Shown here: positions 39,524 to 48,991 of the stretch, in pieces
Layout: each line of letters opens with the position of its first letter
Position numbering within the stretch: the stretch's first letter is position 1
From: Dehalococcoidia bacterium
GTDB lineage: Bacteria; Chloroflexota; Dehalococcoidia; SZUA-161
Length of the DNA: 55,597 bases
Reading direction: 5' to 3'
Assembly: GCA_011174795.1 (NCBI GenBank)
Contig: DUEY01000015.1
Coordinates: 1-55,597, forward strand
The notes under the pieces: generated by a model
What the model saw: the letters and a program-made list of their open reading frames with translations, nothing else
What the model was told of the DNA's origin: nothing
Databases searched by the model: none
Translations under genes and position numbers: made by a program

Positions 39524-40528
39524 CTACTTTTGAGCCTGGCTAACTGCCCAGGCCACCTGATCATCGTCGAGGTAAACTTCGATGATACTGGTCTCCTTCG
39601 CGCTATTGAGCCAAGAATTAAATTCCATGGTGGCGAGGATTCCTCTGTACTCATCCGGTATTTCCATATTATCGGCTTTAGCCGATACTTTGGCTATATA
39701 ATAGCCCTGCCCTGACTGGAAGGGCTCTGAAATATTGCCCACTTCCAGACTGAAGATAACATCGTCAAGCTCGGTATAAACACCTTTCGGTATCCAGCCC
39801 ATATCGCCTCTTTCTTCTCTCAAGCTCTCAATAACGGAGTACTCCGCTGACAGGTTACCAAAGTCTCTGCCTTGTTCCAGAAGTCGTGTCACATTTCCTG
39901 CGGTTTCCTCGTCAGCAAGTACAATAAGATGTAGATACACTTGTTCGGAGGCCGATGGCACTGTAGTATCTTTTAAATATATCTGTATTTTCTCACCTCG
40001 TATAACGGTATTGACGAAATCACGGTATTCATCGTTGGAGAGTCCGCTCTGGTCCAGTCTCGATTGATATCTGTTGGACAGTTCTGATTGTGATAGTGTA
40101 ACATTTCCTTCGGCCTCTTGCTCGGTCAGGAGAGAAGCATTTATCACAGCAGTGATTTCGTCGGCAGTAACCTCAATATTCAATTCCTCCGCTTCTTGCT
40201 TGATCAATTCATTTTCGATAATTGCCACCATCACCTGTTCGGGAAGCGAAGCATCAGTAACTAGTATTCTCGAAACGTATGAGTAGAAACGTAGCATTTT
40301 CACGTAGTAACTCATGTTCAAGTCAGTGTCGTTAATCTTTACTACCGTCTGGTTCCATGCTGAAACATGACTGGTATAGCCCCAGTAGCCTACCAAACCC
40401 ACCGCTAAGGCAATTATTATGGGTATGATTATCCAGAGATAGAGGGAGATGCTTTTATCGCGTTTCCACCTGGGGGGTTGTTTCTTGGGGCCTGCAAGTT
40501 TGGGTTTAGGCTTCAGTTTCCTGCTCAA
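39524..40528 (-). CDS. Membrane-anchored SurA/PrsA-like parvulin foldase
   Basis: N-terminal TM, helical chaperone domain, GDMGWI...FSLEVGNISEP...GYYIAKV. Confidence 0.82.
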   Translation of the reverse strand: MSRKLKPKPKLAGPKKQPPRWKRDKSISLYLWIIIPIIIALAVGLVGYWGYTSHVSAWNQTVVKINDTDLNMSYYVKMLRFYSYVSRILVTDASLPEQVMVAIIENELIKQEAEELNIEVTADEITAVINASLLTEQEAEGNVTLSQSELSNRYQSRLDQSGLSNDEYRDFVNTVIRGEKIQIYLKDTTVPSASEQVYLHLIVLADEETAGNVTRLLEQGRDFGNLSAEYSVIESLREERGDMGWIPKGVYTELDDVIFSLEVGNISEPFQSGQGYYIAKVSAKADNMEIPDEYRGILATMEFNSWLNSAKETSIIEVYLDDDQVAWAVSQAQK

Positions 40529-40576
40529 TATATGACACCTAACAGGAGAACAAACAATCTCTTAATGATACTGCAA

Positions 40577-40888
40577 TTATTCGGATTGCTCTACGGGGCT
40601 GGGCTCTCCACTCTGTCGAATGTGCTCTGGGGTGTAGGGTAACAAGGCAATATGCCTCGCCCGTTTGAGGGCGACAGATAATACGCGCTGGTGTTTTGGG
40701 CAGACACCAGTCTTACGTCGAGGTTCAATTCTCCCCCGGTCGGAAATATATCGGCGCAATAGGGCTGTATCCTTATAATCGATAAGCTGCTCTGTATTTA
40801 TACAGAAAGAGCATGCTTTTCTTTTGGGGATATATCTTCCCTTACCGCGCTCTTTGAACTTGCTTACGTTTTTTCTTGGTTTTGCCAT
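40577..40888 (-). CDS. rpsR: 30S ribosomal protein S18 (Zn-binding C+ form)
   Basis: [30 protein letters not shown]. Confidence 0.97.
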   Translation of the reverse strand: MAKPRKNVSKFKERGKGRYIPKRKACSFCINTEQLIDYKDTALLRRYISDRGRIEPRRKTGVCPKHQRVLSVALKRARHIALLPYTPEHIRQSGEPSPVEQSE

Positions 40889-40932
40889 CTAACCTTCACG
40901 TACAGCTTGCTGTATCTGATTGAGCTAATGTG

Positions 40933-41340
40933 CTAGAACGGTATGTCGCTTGGCTCGAGGTCTTCTTCGGCACCTGTATCAATTCCAGCCTCCGGGAGAG
41001 TGCCTGCAGGGCGTCTGTCGAGAAAAAGCACCCTATTGGCAATTATTTCGATACGCTGGTGCCGTTGTCCGTCCTGTCCTTCCCAGGACCGGGTTCGCAA
41101 TCTGCCCTCGACATAGGCTCGCTGTCCTTTGGTCAGGAACTGATTGCAATTCTCTGCTAGCCTGTTCCAGGTAACGACATCAAACCACTCTGTTTCTTGT
41201 CTTCGCTCCCCTTCAGGAGTGGTGTAGTTTCTGCTCGTGGCTATACGAAACGAGGTCACGGGATTGCCGTTGGGGGTAAAACGCATCTCAGGATCCGTTC
41301 CTACATTTCCGATAATTATCACTTTATTCAACCCCACCAT
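40933..41340 (-). CDS. ssb: Single-stranded DNA-binding protein
   Basis: LNKVIIIGNVGTDPE, ETEWF, VEGRLRTRSW, DIPF tail. Confidence 0.97.
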   Translation of the reverse strand: MVGLNKVIIIGNVGTDPEMRFTPNGNPVTSFRIATSRNYTTPEGERRQETEWFDVVTWNRLAENCNQFLTKGQRAYVEGRLRTRSWEGQDGQRHQRIEIIANRVLFLDRRPAGTLPEAGIDTGAEEDLEPSDIPF

Positions 41341-41358
41341 TGTGCCAACTCCTTTCCC

Positions 41359-41670
41359 CTAGCTTTTACCTTCCGCTGGCTTCTGATTGTCCAGTCTGAC
41401 TAGCAAATGACGCAGGATCTTCTCTGAGATTTGCAGGCTGGCCTCGAGCTCCGCCGTCAATCCTTGAGTGAGCTTGAATCTATCTAGCACATAATTCCCC
41501 TCCCTGAAACGATTGATGGGATAAGCTAGCTTTCGTTTCCCCCACTGATCGACCTCGATAATTTCCCCTCCTTTTGAGGTGATAAACCCGTTCACCTTCT
41601 CGATGGTAGCGAGGAGTTCCTCTTCGTCAATCTCAGGGCTGATGATCATAATCAGTTCATAATCGCGCAA
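41359..41670 (-). CDS. rpsF: 30S ribosomal protein S6
   Basis: RDYELIMII, WGKRKLAYPI, ILRHLLVR; TTG start. Confidence 0.97.
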   Translation of the reverse strand: MRDYELIMIISPEIDEEELLATIEKVNGFITSKGGEIIEVDQWGKRKLAYPINRFREGNYVLDRFKLTQGLTAELEASLQISEKILRHLLVRLDNQKPAEGKS

Positions 41671-41759
41671 GTATGCACCTCTACGTTAGCATATCATATT
41701 CACATCTGAACAGAAAACGCCTCATTATATCATGGAGGGTTGCTAACAGCAAGTCGTTT

Positions 41760-43004
41760 TCAATCACCCAACTCGGGCACCGGGAACTGCCTGCACAGCT
41801 CGTTGGCCAGAGCTCTGACCTCTTCATATACCCGCTTGTCACCTATACTTGAGAGCACCTTGAAGATCAGCTGGGCTACTTGCTTCATTTCATTAATTCC
41901 AAAACCTCTGGCTGTAACAGCCGGTGTCCCCAGCCTGATACCGCTGGTAATCTTTGGGGGGTGGGAGTCGAAAGGAATCGCATTTTTATTAACAGTTATA
42001 CCTGCAGCGTCGAGCGCCTTTTCAGCTTCATTCCCTGTTATATCCATTTGGGAAAGGTCAACTAGGACAATGTGGTTGTCAGTTCCTCCTGTGATTACCC
42101 GTATACCCAAATTGCTTAATTCACTGGCAAGAGCTCTGGCATTCTGTAATACTGCTTTCTGGTAGTTAACGAACTCAGGTTGCATCGCCTCCAGAAAAGC
42201 CACTGCCTTGGCAGCTATCACGTGCATAAGCGGGCCTCCCTGCATCCCCGGGAAAACGTTACTATCTAGTTGCGAAGCCCATCGCGATTGGCAGAGAATA
42301 AACCCTCCCCTCGGTCCACGCAGGGTCTTATGTGTTGTCGAGGTGATTACATCGGCGTAAGGTATTGGCGAGGGGTGCACGCCGGCAGCAACAAGGCCCG
42401 CCAGATGCGCCATGTCTATCATCAGTTTTGCGCCTGCCATATCGGCAATCTGGCGAAGCTTGGCGAAATCAATTGTCCGGGGGTAGGAACTGGAACCAGC
42501 GACAACGAGCTTTGGCTTATGCGCCTTAGTGAGCTTTTCTAACTGATTGTAATCGATTGTCTCTGTTTTCCTATCGACCCCGTAGGTAATAAACCTGTAA
42601 AGCTTGCCTGAGAAGTTGACCCGGCTGCCGTGACTGAGATGTCCGCCGTGGGCCAGGTCCATTGCGAGAACCGTATCTTTATGCTCAAGCAGGGTGAAGT
42701 AGGCTGCCATATTGGCCTGGGTGCCGCTGTGTGGTTGGACGTTGGCGTGTTCAGCGTTGAAGAGCTTTTTAGCTCGTTCAATTGCCAGTTCTTCGACCAA
42801 GTCAATATTGCTGCAACCACCATAATAACGACTCCCGGGATAGCCTTCGGCGTACTTGTTCGTGAGCAGAGAACCCTGCGCTTCGAGCACGGCTCTTGAG
42901 GCGTAATTTTCAGCGGCGATAAGGTTGATGTTGAACTGCTGACGTTGGATTTCCTGCTTGATGGCAGCGGCAATCTGCGGGTCGACGTCGCCTAATGCAC
43001 CCAT
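41760..43004 (-). CDS. glyA: Serine hydroxymethyltransferase
   Basis: [40 protein letters not shown]. Confidence 0.98.
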   Translation of the reverse strand: MGALGDVDPQIAAAIKQEIQRQQFNINLIAAENYASRAVLEAQGSLLTNKYAEGYPGSRYYGGCSNIDLVEELAIERAKKLFNAEHANVQPHSGTQANMAAYFTLLEHKDTVLAMDLAHGGHLSHGSRVNFSGKLYRFITYGVDRKTETIDYNQLEKLTKAHKPKLVVAGSSSYPRTIDFAKLRQIADMAGAKLMIDMAHLAGLVAAGVHPSPIPYADVITSTTHKTLRGPRGGFILCQSRWASQLDSNVFPGMQGGPLMHVIAAKAVAFLEAMQPEFVNYQKAVLQNARALASELSNLGIRVITGGTDNHIVLVDLSQMDITGNEAEKALDAAGITVNKNAIPFDSHPPKITSGIRLGTPAVTARGFGINEMKQVAQLIFKVLSSIGDKRVYEEVRALANELCRQFPVPELGD

Positions 43005-43039
43005 ATATTACCTAGCCTCTTGCGTTAAATATGAACCCA

Positions 43040-43070
43040 GAAATCAAAGGCCACGCTGTTACACGTGGCC
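43040..43070 (-). terminator. Terminator-like hairpin in glyA leader
   Basis: GGCCACG-N8-CGTGGCC followed by TTTGATTT on minus strand. Confidence 0.6.
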
Positions 43071-43122
43071 GATAATAATATGCTTGCCGATAGAGCTTCC
43101 CATTCTGTGGAATGACTGCACC

Positions 43123-43151
43123 AGTTTACATCGGTGATTCTGGCCTGTCAA
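43123..43151 (-). promoter_or_regulatory. Putative glyA promoter TTGACA-N17-TAAACT
   Basis: Same hexamers and spacing as the promoter upstream of bzdN. Confidence 0.65.
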
Positions 43152-43234
43152 CATCACTAATGGAGCACGTCGTGGCCTTGCTTTAAAGTGCTACGGTGAG
43201 TAATCGTTACTAGGTTAGGATAATTTGATGAACT

Positions 43235-43552
43235 TTACCAGGAATGTGTTATCGCTCCACTGGGACAGGCTATCTGGCATTTGAGTTCAACTGGGCCGCT
43301 TACGGGTTTACACGGAGCGCAGACATATTTAAGGTTCTTACTGTGTTCCTCTTTTACGGTGACAACGAGGTCGTCATAATCATCGGTTATTATCTCAAGG
43401 ATATCTTGCGGGCATGCCTCAACGCACTTGCCGCAGCCATCGCATTTATCGGTGTCAACGATTATATAGTAGTCTCCAGAGCCATCGGTGTAACCATAAT
43501 TTGCGATATAGCCTGGTAGTATTACCAGTCTTCTAAGAAGCCTATTAAACAT
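43235..43552 (-). CDS. BzdM-like 2[4Fe-4S] ferredoxin
   Basis: IANYGYTDGSGDYYIIVDTDKCDGCGKCVEACP and CAPC...CQIACP; follows bzdQ-like gene. Confidence 0.88.
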   Translation of the reverse strand: MFNRLLRRLVILPGYIANYGYTDGSGDYYIIVDTDKCDGCGKCVEACPQDILEIITDDYDDLVVTVKEEHSKNLKYVCAPCKPVSGPVELKCQIACPSGAITHSW

Positions 43553-43569
43553 GTGTATACCTGTGTGTT

Positions 43570-44436
43570 TTATTTCCGCGACTTCAAGAGTAAGTCTCTA
43601 GCGAAAACGGAGGCTCCCAGAGCACCGGCGATTTGGGGATCGGGCTTTAGCGGCACAGAGTCTACTTTTAGCTCCTTGAGTATCCGGCTGGTCACGCCAA
43701 TGTTCTTGGAGATACCGCCGGTAATGGTGAAATCTTTCTCAATGCCGATGCGCTCAAGAAGACCGACTACCCTGTGAGCCATGGCGGAGCAATAAGCGGC
43801 AAGCACCATGTTCTTTGTCCAGCCTTTGCGCAGCAATCCGATTGCCTCTGATTTAGCGAAGATGACACAGGTGCTGCTCACGGGGGGTGGTTCCTCTTCA
43901 ACGTCCAATGACATCTGACCCACATCCACGATGGGTACCTGCAATAGCTCGGCCATAACCTCCATGCCTCGTCCTGTGCCCGCAGCGCACTTGTCGTTCA
44001 TTAAGAACTGAGTGACCTTGCCCCTTTCGTCGCAGTGGATGCCCTTCAAATCCTGCCCACCCATGTCCAGGATGGTGCGGATCGTGGGGCCGCCCATGTA
44101 ATTCGCTCCCCGCGCATGGCAGGCGATCTCCGTTATTGCCTTGTTGGACATGGGGATATTAACTCTGCCGTAGCCGGTTCCCACAACAAACTGCAGGTTC
44201 TCTTGCTTGATGTCAGTGTCCTTTAACGCCATCCCAAGCGCGTTTTTAGCACTGTCTGGGCTATTGGAACCGGTACGGGCGTTGCTGTAGCAATAGATCT
44301 CGTCATCGGCGAGAACCACGGCTTGTGAGCTCACTGAGCCGACATCGATCCCGGCAACAAGCGTATCTGCTTTCTGCCAGTCTTTATCAGGATTCTTCCA
44401 CGCGTATTCTGTCCATCGAAAATATTCGGTTGTCAT
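43570..44436 (-). CDS. bzdQ: Class I benzoyl-CoA reductase, Bzd-type subunit Q (ATP-dependent activase)
   Basis: EYFRWTE...GIDVGSVSSQAV, TEIACHARGA, DMGGQD, MNDKCAAGTGRG, STCVIFAKSE. Confidence 0.85.
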   Translation of the reverse strand: MTTEYFRWTEYAWKNPDKDWQKADTLVAGIDVGSVSSQAVVLADDEIYCYSNARTGSNSPDSAKNALGMALKDTDIKQENLQFVVGTGYGRVNIPMSNKAITEIACHARGANYMGGPTIRTILDMGGQDLKGIHCDERGKVTQFLMNDKCAAGTGRGMEVMAELLQVPIVDVGQMSLDVEEEPPPVSSTCVIFAKSEAIGLLRKGWTKNMVLAAYCSAMAHRVVGLLERIGIEKDFTITGGISKNIGVTSRILKELKVDSVPLKPDPQIAGALGASVFARDLLLKSRK

Positions 44437-44453
44437 CTTTCTCCCTTTCTCTG

Positions 44454-45218
44454 CTAGGATGCTGCAGAGAGCGCGGCTCCCAGAGCGCTCACATACTGGG
44501 GGTTTTCAGGAACCACTATCTCAGTGCCCAAATGTTTCTGCATAACGTCGACGATAGCAGCATTGTTAGCCACACCGCCGATCAGCGCCACATCTTTCTC
44601 CACCGGTATCCTGCGCACCATGGAGGATACCCTGGAGGCTATTGCGTCGTGGACAGCATGGGCTATATCGGCTTTTTCAATCTTGGAGTGGATGAGTGAT
44701 ACAACCTCGGATTCGGCGAAAACAGCACAGGTGGCATTAATAGGGGCTTCTTTAGTCGATTTAAGGGATATTGCTATCATCTCAGGCACCTTAATCTCCA
44801 GCGCCCTGGCCATGCTTTCGACGAAAGCACCGGAGCCGGCAGCGCACTTGTCATTCTTGGCGAAGTCCAGCACCTTGCCCTGAGCATCACAGCTTATGCC
44901 ACGGGCTTCTTCAGCGCCTATGTCTACTATGGTTCTCACCGAAGGATTGAGGTGTATCGTCCCCCTGGCATCGGCGGTTACCTCGGTGATGCTGCTATCG
45001 GCGAAGTCCACAGACTTTCTGCCTGCGCCGGTTGCGACAATGCTCTTAATGTCCTGCCGGGATATACCGGCCTCTTTCATTGCGTTATCCAGCGCTTTCT
45101 TAGCTGCCTCAAGCGGCTCAAATCCAGTAGGGATTATAGTTCGGGCTGTAACTTTGCCATCGTCAAGGATCACTACTTTTATGAATTGAGCCCCCATATC
45201 AATACCGGCGGTAATCAT
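44454..45218 (-). CDS. bzdP: Class I benzoyl-CoA reductase, Bzd-type subunit P (activase)
   Basis: ITAGIDMGA, ATGAGR, DIGAEE, NDKCAAGSG, NATCAVFAESE (ASKHA fold). Confidence 0.83.
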   Translation of the reverse strand: MITAGIDMGAQFIKVVILDDGKVTARTIIPTGFEPLEAAKKALDNAMKEAGISRQDIKSIVATGAGRKSVDFADSSITEVTADARGTIHLNPSVRTIVDIGAEEARGISCDAQGKVLDFAKNDKCAAGSGAFVESMARALEIKVPEMIAISLKSTKEAPINATCAVFAESEVVSLIHSKIEKADIAHAVHDAIASRVSSMVRRIPVEKDVALIGGVANNAAIVDVMQKHLGTEIVVPENPQYVSALGAALSAAS

Positions 45219-45262
45219 AGTAATTTCACCTCGCTGTTTTCACTTTTTACCATCGACCATTA

Positions 45263-46582
45263 TCAAAGGCTTGGCAACTTCTGTATACCCTGTCCTTCCA
45301 GGAATGCCTCAAGGCGGTCGAGAACTCCGGTCTCATCGATATCTCTGCAATCTGCAAAATTGCCTTCAAACATCGCAACCGGTATTCCGTGCGCCTGCAT
45401 ATCACGCTGAAAGTCGTACATGCTGGTGGTCATTGGTACGCAACCGCGGTTCATGAGCAACAAGTATGCGTTGCCGTGCCAGTGGTTGTAGATAATTATG
45501 TATTCCTTTTTTCTTATATCAAGGTGTGACTGGAACGGGTGCTCGGCCCGCCATCGTGCTATTGTTCGACACAGGTCCTCCCTGTTTTTCATCTCAGGCC
45601 AGCCTGGTCGTTCCTCGGGAACCGTGGCTGGAACGGCTTCGCCTTCATCAAGCAGAAACTTCACCTCACCTGAGTTTATGAGGTATACGTAGGTGCCAAC
45701 GAAGACCACGCCGAAGGTCTCAAGGTAGCGAAAAACCTTGAGGAAGCTCCAGGGCGGTGGCGTCAGCATGCACATACGGTATCTTTCCGTGGCAACGGCG
45801 GCGATCTCGTTGGCGATGCGGTCCTTCATCTCGTCCCTTAGCGTTGTTAGGAAGTCGGTGGCAATCTTCTCATGTCTTCGAAGCATTGAGATGGGCATGA
45901 GGGCGAACATGCTCTTAATATCCAGAGGCGCAGGTATGGCGCCGTTAAGCAGGCAGATCTCACCCCAAAGGGACTCGTTGCGAAAATAGGTTCGCATTGC
46001 CTCAATGCCCTTCTCATCGTCATAGGTTCTTCCTGTGACCTTCTCCATCCATTCGATGGTGTCCAGATACTGCCCGGCCACATAATCTATCCTGTGTTCG
46101 GGGTCGCCATCTACCGCCAGCATCGTTTCATCATCAATATAGTTCATCGGGATGTCCTGATATTCGGATACAATCTGGTGCCACTTGGGGTGGCCGGCAG
46201 GGCAGTGGCGTACGCTCCAGGCGAAGTCGAATTTGGGGAAAGAACCGCCGGTGAAGTAATACTTATCGAGGAACATAGAGCCGAGGAAGTTGCGCATATA
46301 GCCACACATATCCCGAGAATACCCCTTGGCTTCATAGGTCTCCATACAGGGGATAGAGAACGGCGGGTCGGCTGCCACGCTCGCTCCGTATGGCTCGCCA
46401 GCCAGGAAAACAAAGTCACCAAGCCCTGCCAGCATGCCGTAAGGGGTTGCTGCACAGCCCAGTACCATGAGCTTACCCTCCTCGTGCCCCTTGAGGAATT
46501 CCTGGTAAGCTTCCAGCCTGAGCTCCTTGCCCCATTGCCAGCAGTCCAGTGGCTTAGTCTTATATTTCATATTCGTAGTCAT
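45263..46582 (-). CDS. bzdO: Class I aryl-CoA reductase catalytic subunit (BzdO/BcrB-like; HAD/BCR family)
   Basis: YKTKPLDCW..GKELR, AGEPYGAS, MCGYMRN, HCPAGHPKW, NRGC, FEGNFAD. Confidence 0.8.
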   Translation of the reverse strand: MTTNMKYKTKPLDCWQWGKELRLEAYQEFLKGHEEGKLMVLGCAATPYGMLAGLGDFVFLAGEPYGASVAADPPFSIPCMETYEAKGYSRDMCGYMRNFLGSMFLDKYYFTGGSFPKFDFAWSVRHCPAGHPKWHQIVSEYQDIPMNYIDDETMLAVDGDPEHRIDYVAGQYLDTIEWMEKVTGRTYDDEKGIEAMRTYFRNESLWGEICLLNGAIPAPLDIKSMFALMPISMLRRHEKIATDFLTTLRDEMKDRIANEIAAVATERYRMCMLTPPPWSFLKVFRYLETFGVVFVGTYVYLINSGEVKFLLDEGEAVPATVPEERPGWPEMKNREDLCRTIARWRAEHPFQSHLDIRKKEYIIIYNHWHGNAYLLLMNRGCVPMTTSMYDFQRDMQAHGIPVAMFEGNFADCRDIDETGVLDRLEAFLEGQGIQKLPSL

Positions 46583-46624
46583 AACCGCTTTGCCTCCGTT
46601 TTGGTTGTCATTAACGATTTTTTT

Positions 46625-47752
46625 CTATAACACCTCGAGTTCGGCCATCTCGAGGAAGGCTTCAATTCGAGTGCGGAACTGTCCGAAGGGAATGGTGACG
46701 TCAAATTCAAGGACGAGAGTTGGGATATCGTGTTCCTTAAACATCTGCTGGAGCAGGGGTATATCGAACTCGTGGGGGTCACAGAACTTCTGCTGGTAGA
46801 CGAGTGCACCCTGCACGTTCCAATCCTGAGCAATCTTCAGGACACGGTCGAACCTGTCGCTGAAGTTACTGCTTACGGCAGGACATGGCCAGCGATGTAC
46901 ATATCGGCTTGCTATGGCAGCCAGGCGGTCTTCTCCCGGGACGACCTCGTCCCAGAAAAAGCGGCTTCCGGAGCAGTGCTCGTCGATGACGATGGTGCAG
47001 CCCAACTCCTCCATCATCTGAACAAACTCTATGTCGTCCATCTCGCTGCCGATCATCATCAAACGAAGCCCTGTTTCACGGTCGAGCTTTCTATCGGGCA
47101 GCTCTTCGAGTAACTCCTCAAGAAGCTTATTATGCTCGACTACATCCATCAACTGGCTAGTGACTACCATCTCCATAGCCTCAGCGCCTGTTATGGGAGG
47201 GTCTTCGTTTTTCCTTAACTCGTATACCTGCTTCATAAGTCTGCGATTCGTATTGTACAGCTCTATCGCCTTATCCAGGCCGTCATCAGTAATTGGCTTG
47301 CCTGTGAGCTTCTCAAGGGCCTCTTTGAACCCGGTGTATTCTCCAACCAGGCAATCTACTGCCCGGGGGCTTTCTCTATGACAGGGAAACCATATGTAAT
47401 AAACAAGTGTTGTCGATATATAGTTACGCCAGTTATCAAACGTGCCCTGTATATGAGAGCACGTCCGCCCCATAGCCAGTCCGTCCAGGTAATCGTATCG
47501 ACCCTTCAGTCCTTGGGCCAGTGTATCACGGCAGAATGGGCACACGGTGGGGAAAAGATACCGGTCTGTGACGTCCTGAACCTCGTGTGTGCCCAGAACG
47601 CGCACCGGCAGCATACCGGCGGCATAGACAATCTCAAGCGGCACGTAGGTACATAGCCCTCCCACAACCTTGCCACCGGTTCGTTCCTTCCAGTCCATGG
47701 CATACTGGTGACGGTTTGCCAGTATATCATGGAATTTCTCAATAGCGCTCAC
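46625..47752 (-). CDS. bzdN: Class I aryl-CoA reductase subunit (BzdN/BcrC-like)
   Basis: NRHQYAMDWKERTGGKVVG..CTYVP.EIVYAAGMLPVR, CPFCRD, EHCSGSR, QKFCDPHEFD; GTG 47752 has GAGGAG SD. Confidence 0.83.
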   Translation of the reverse strand: MSAIEKFHDILANRHQYAMDWKERTGGKVVGGLCTYVPLEIVYAAGMLPVRVLGTHEVQDVTDRYLFPTVCPFCRDTLAQGLKGRYDYLDGLAMGRTCSHIQGTFDNWRNYISTTLVYYIWFPCHRESPRAVDCLVGEYTGFKEALEKLTGKPITDDGLDKAIELYNTNRRLMKQVYELRKNEDPPITGAEAMEMVVTSQLMDVVEHNKLLEELLEELPDRKLDRETGLRLMMIGSEMDDIEFVQMMEELGCTIVIDEHCSGSRFFWDEVVPGEDRLAAIASRYVHRWPCPAVSSNFSDRFDRVLKIAQDWNVQGALVYQQKFCDPHEFDIPLLQQMFKEHDIPTLVLEFDVTIPFGQFRTRIEAFLEMAELEVL

Positions 47753-47786
47753 TATTCGTTGCTCCTCTCTTGCCTGAATCACCAAG

Positions 47787-47837
47787 AGTAGAGGCTATGC
47801 TCAACCCCCAATTGATAGGGTTTGGCATGCCTCTACT
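47787..47837. other. 51-nt stem-loop in bzdN leader
   Basis: AGTAGAGGC/GCCTCTACT perfect 9-bp base plus ATGC/GCAT and CAACCC/GGG-TTG inner stems. Confidence 0.6.
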
Positions 47838-47897
47838 TTTTAAATCCTAATGGAATATGATATAACGTCATTACAATGAATTATTGAGTACATTTTA

Positions 47898-47926
47898 AGT
47901 TTAGCAACGGCATAATCACCTGTCAA
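47898..47926 (-). promoter_or_regulatory. Putative bzd operon promoter TTGACA-N17-TAAACT
   Basis: Exact -35, 17-nt spacer; palindrome TCATT-AC-AATGA (47868-47879) just downstream. Confidence 0.62.
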
Positions 47927-48049
47927 GCAACAGCTTCAGCTAGCTTCGGGACAATATAGTGTTGAGGTAATGATTCCCCTCAGTTTCTTGACGTAATTTA
48001 GAGGTTGCCCTAAAATACTCGTTGATAAAGCCGGGCATTTAGAACTGAC

Positions 48050-48967
48050 GTGCACGTAATCGAAGAGCTGGCAAGCTACAGACCGGAACGCGAGACCCTG
48101 CTTACCGTCGGGGTTTTCGATGGGGTTCACCTTGGTCACCAGCACCTTATCAACAGGCTGATTCAGCAAGCATCAAGCAGGAAACTACTCAGCGGCGTGG
48201 TGACATTTAACTCTCATCCCGAGGTCGTGCTTTCATCGAGGGACAGGCTGCCGCGCTTGACTACCGTGGGGGAGAGGACCACGCTGCTTAAGGGTCTTGG
48301 CGTCGAGCTTGTTGTTCCACTTACCTTCAGTATTGAGTTGGCCGCATTGAGCGCTCTTGAGTTCGTCGGCCTTCTCCGGGAGCACCTGAAGATGCGAGGC
48401 CTTGTAATCGGCCCAGATTTTGCTCTGGGTCGGGGAAGGGAGGGTGATGCTGCCAGACTGCAAACGCTGGGTCAGGAGTTAGGCTTCACCGTAGAGGTCG
48501 TGGAACCGCTGCTATTAGAAGGCACTCAGGTAAGCAGCACTGCCATACGGGAAGCACTTTCACGAGGAGATATGAAAACGGCATCTAGGCTGCTGGGCCA
48601 CCATTTCATTCTAAGCGGGTCGGTGGTGGGTGGAAAAGAGCGGGGACATAATCTTGGCTATCCCACAGCAAATATAGAGGTGGATGCAGACCATGCGCTT
48701 CCCGCAGACGGTGTCTATGCTACTCTGGGCCATATCGGGGACGCGGTCTATAAATCGGTGACCAATATCGGGACGAGGCCTACCTTTGGTGAGGGCGAGC
48801 GCACCATAGAGGTTTTTTTATTCGATTTCTCGGGGGATATCTACGGGCAGCAGCTCAGTCTAGAGCTTGTCGAGCGGTTGCGGGGGGAGATTAAGTTCGC
48901 TGGTCCGGATGAACTGACGGCTCAGATAGAGAAGGATGTTGAGCAGGCAAAGGCGGTACTGGGTTAG
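48050..48967 (+). CDS. ribF: Bifunctional riboflavin kinase/FAD synthetase
   Basis: VGVFDGVHLGHQ, VSSTAIR, LGYPTAN, NIGTRPTF, ERLRGEIKF. Confidence 0.97.
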   Translation: MHVIEELASYRPERETLLTVGVFDGVHLGHQHLINRLIQQASSRKLLSGVVTFNSHPEVVLSSRDRLPRLTTVGERTTLLKGLGVELVVPLTFSIELAALSALEFVGLLREHLKMRGLVIGPDFALGRGREGDAARLQTLGQELGFTVEVVEPLLLEGTQVSSTAIREALSRGDMKTASRLLGHHFILSGSVVGGKERGHNLGYPTANIEVDADHALPADGVYATLGHIGDAVYKSVTNIGTRPTFGEGERTIEVFLFDFSGDIYGQQLSLELVERLRGEIKFAGPDELTAQIEKDVEQAKAVLG

Positions 48968-48991
48968 GTTTATTATAGAGGCACAAAGACA

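Noticed and set aside
43040-43120. ZTP, THF or glycine riboswitch before glyA
   Set aside because: Consensus elements as I recall them are not visible; an Rfam scan would be needed to exclude them
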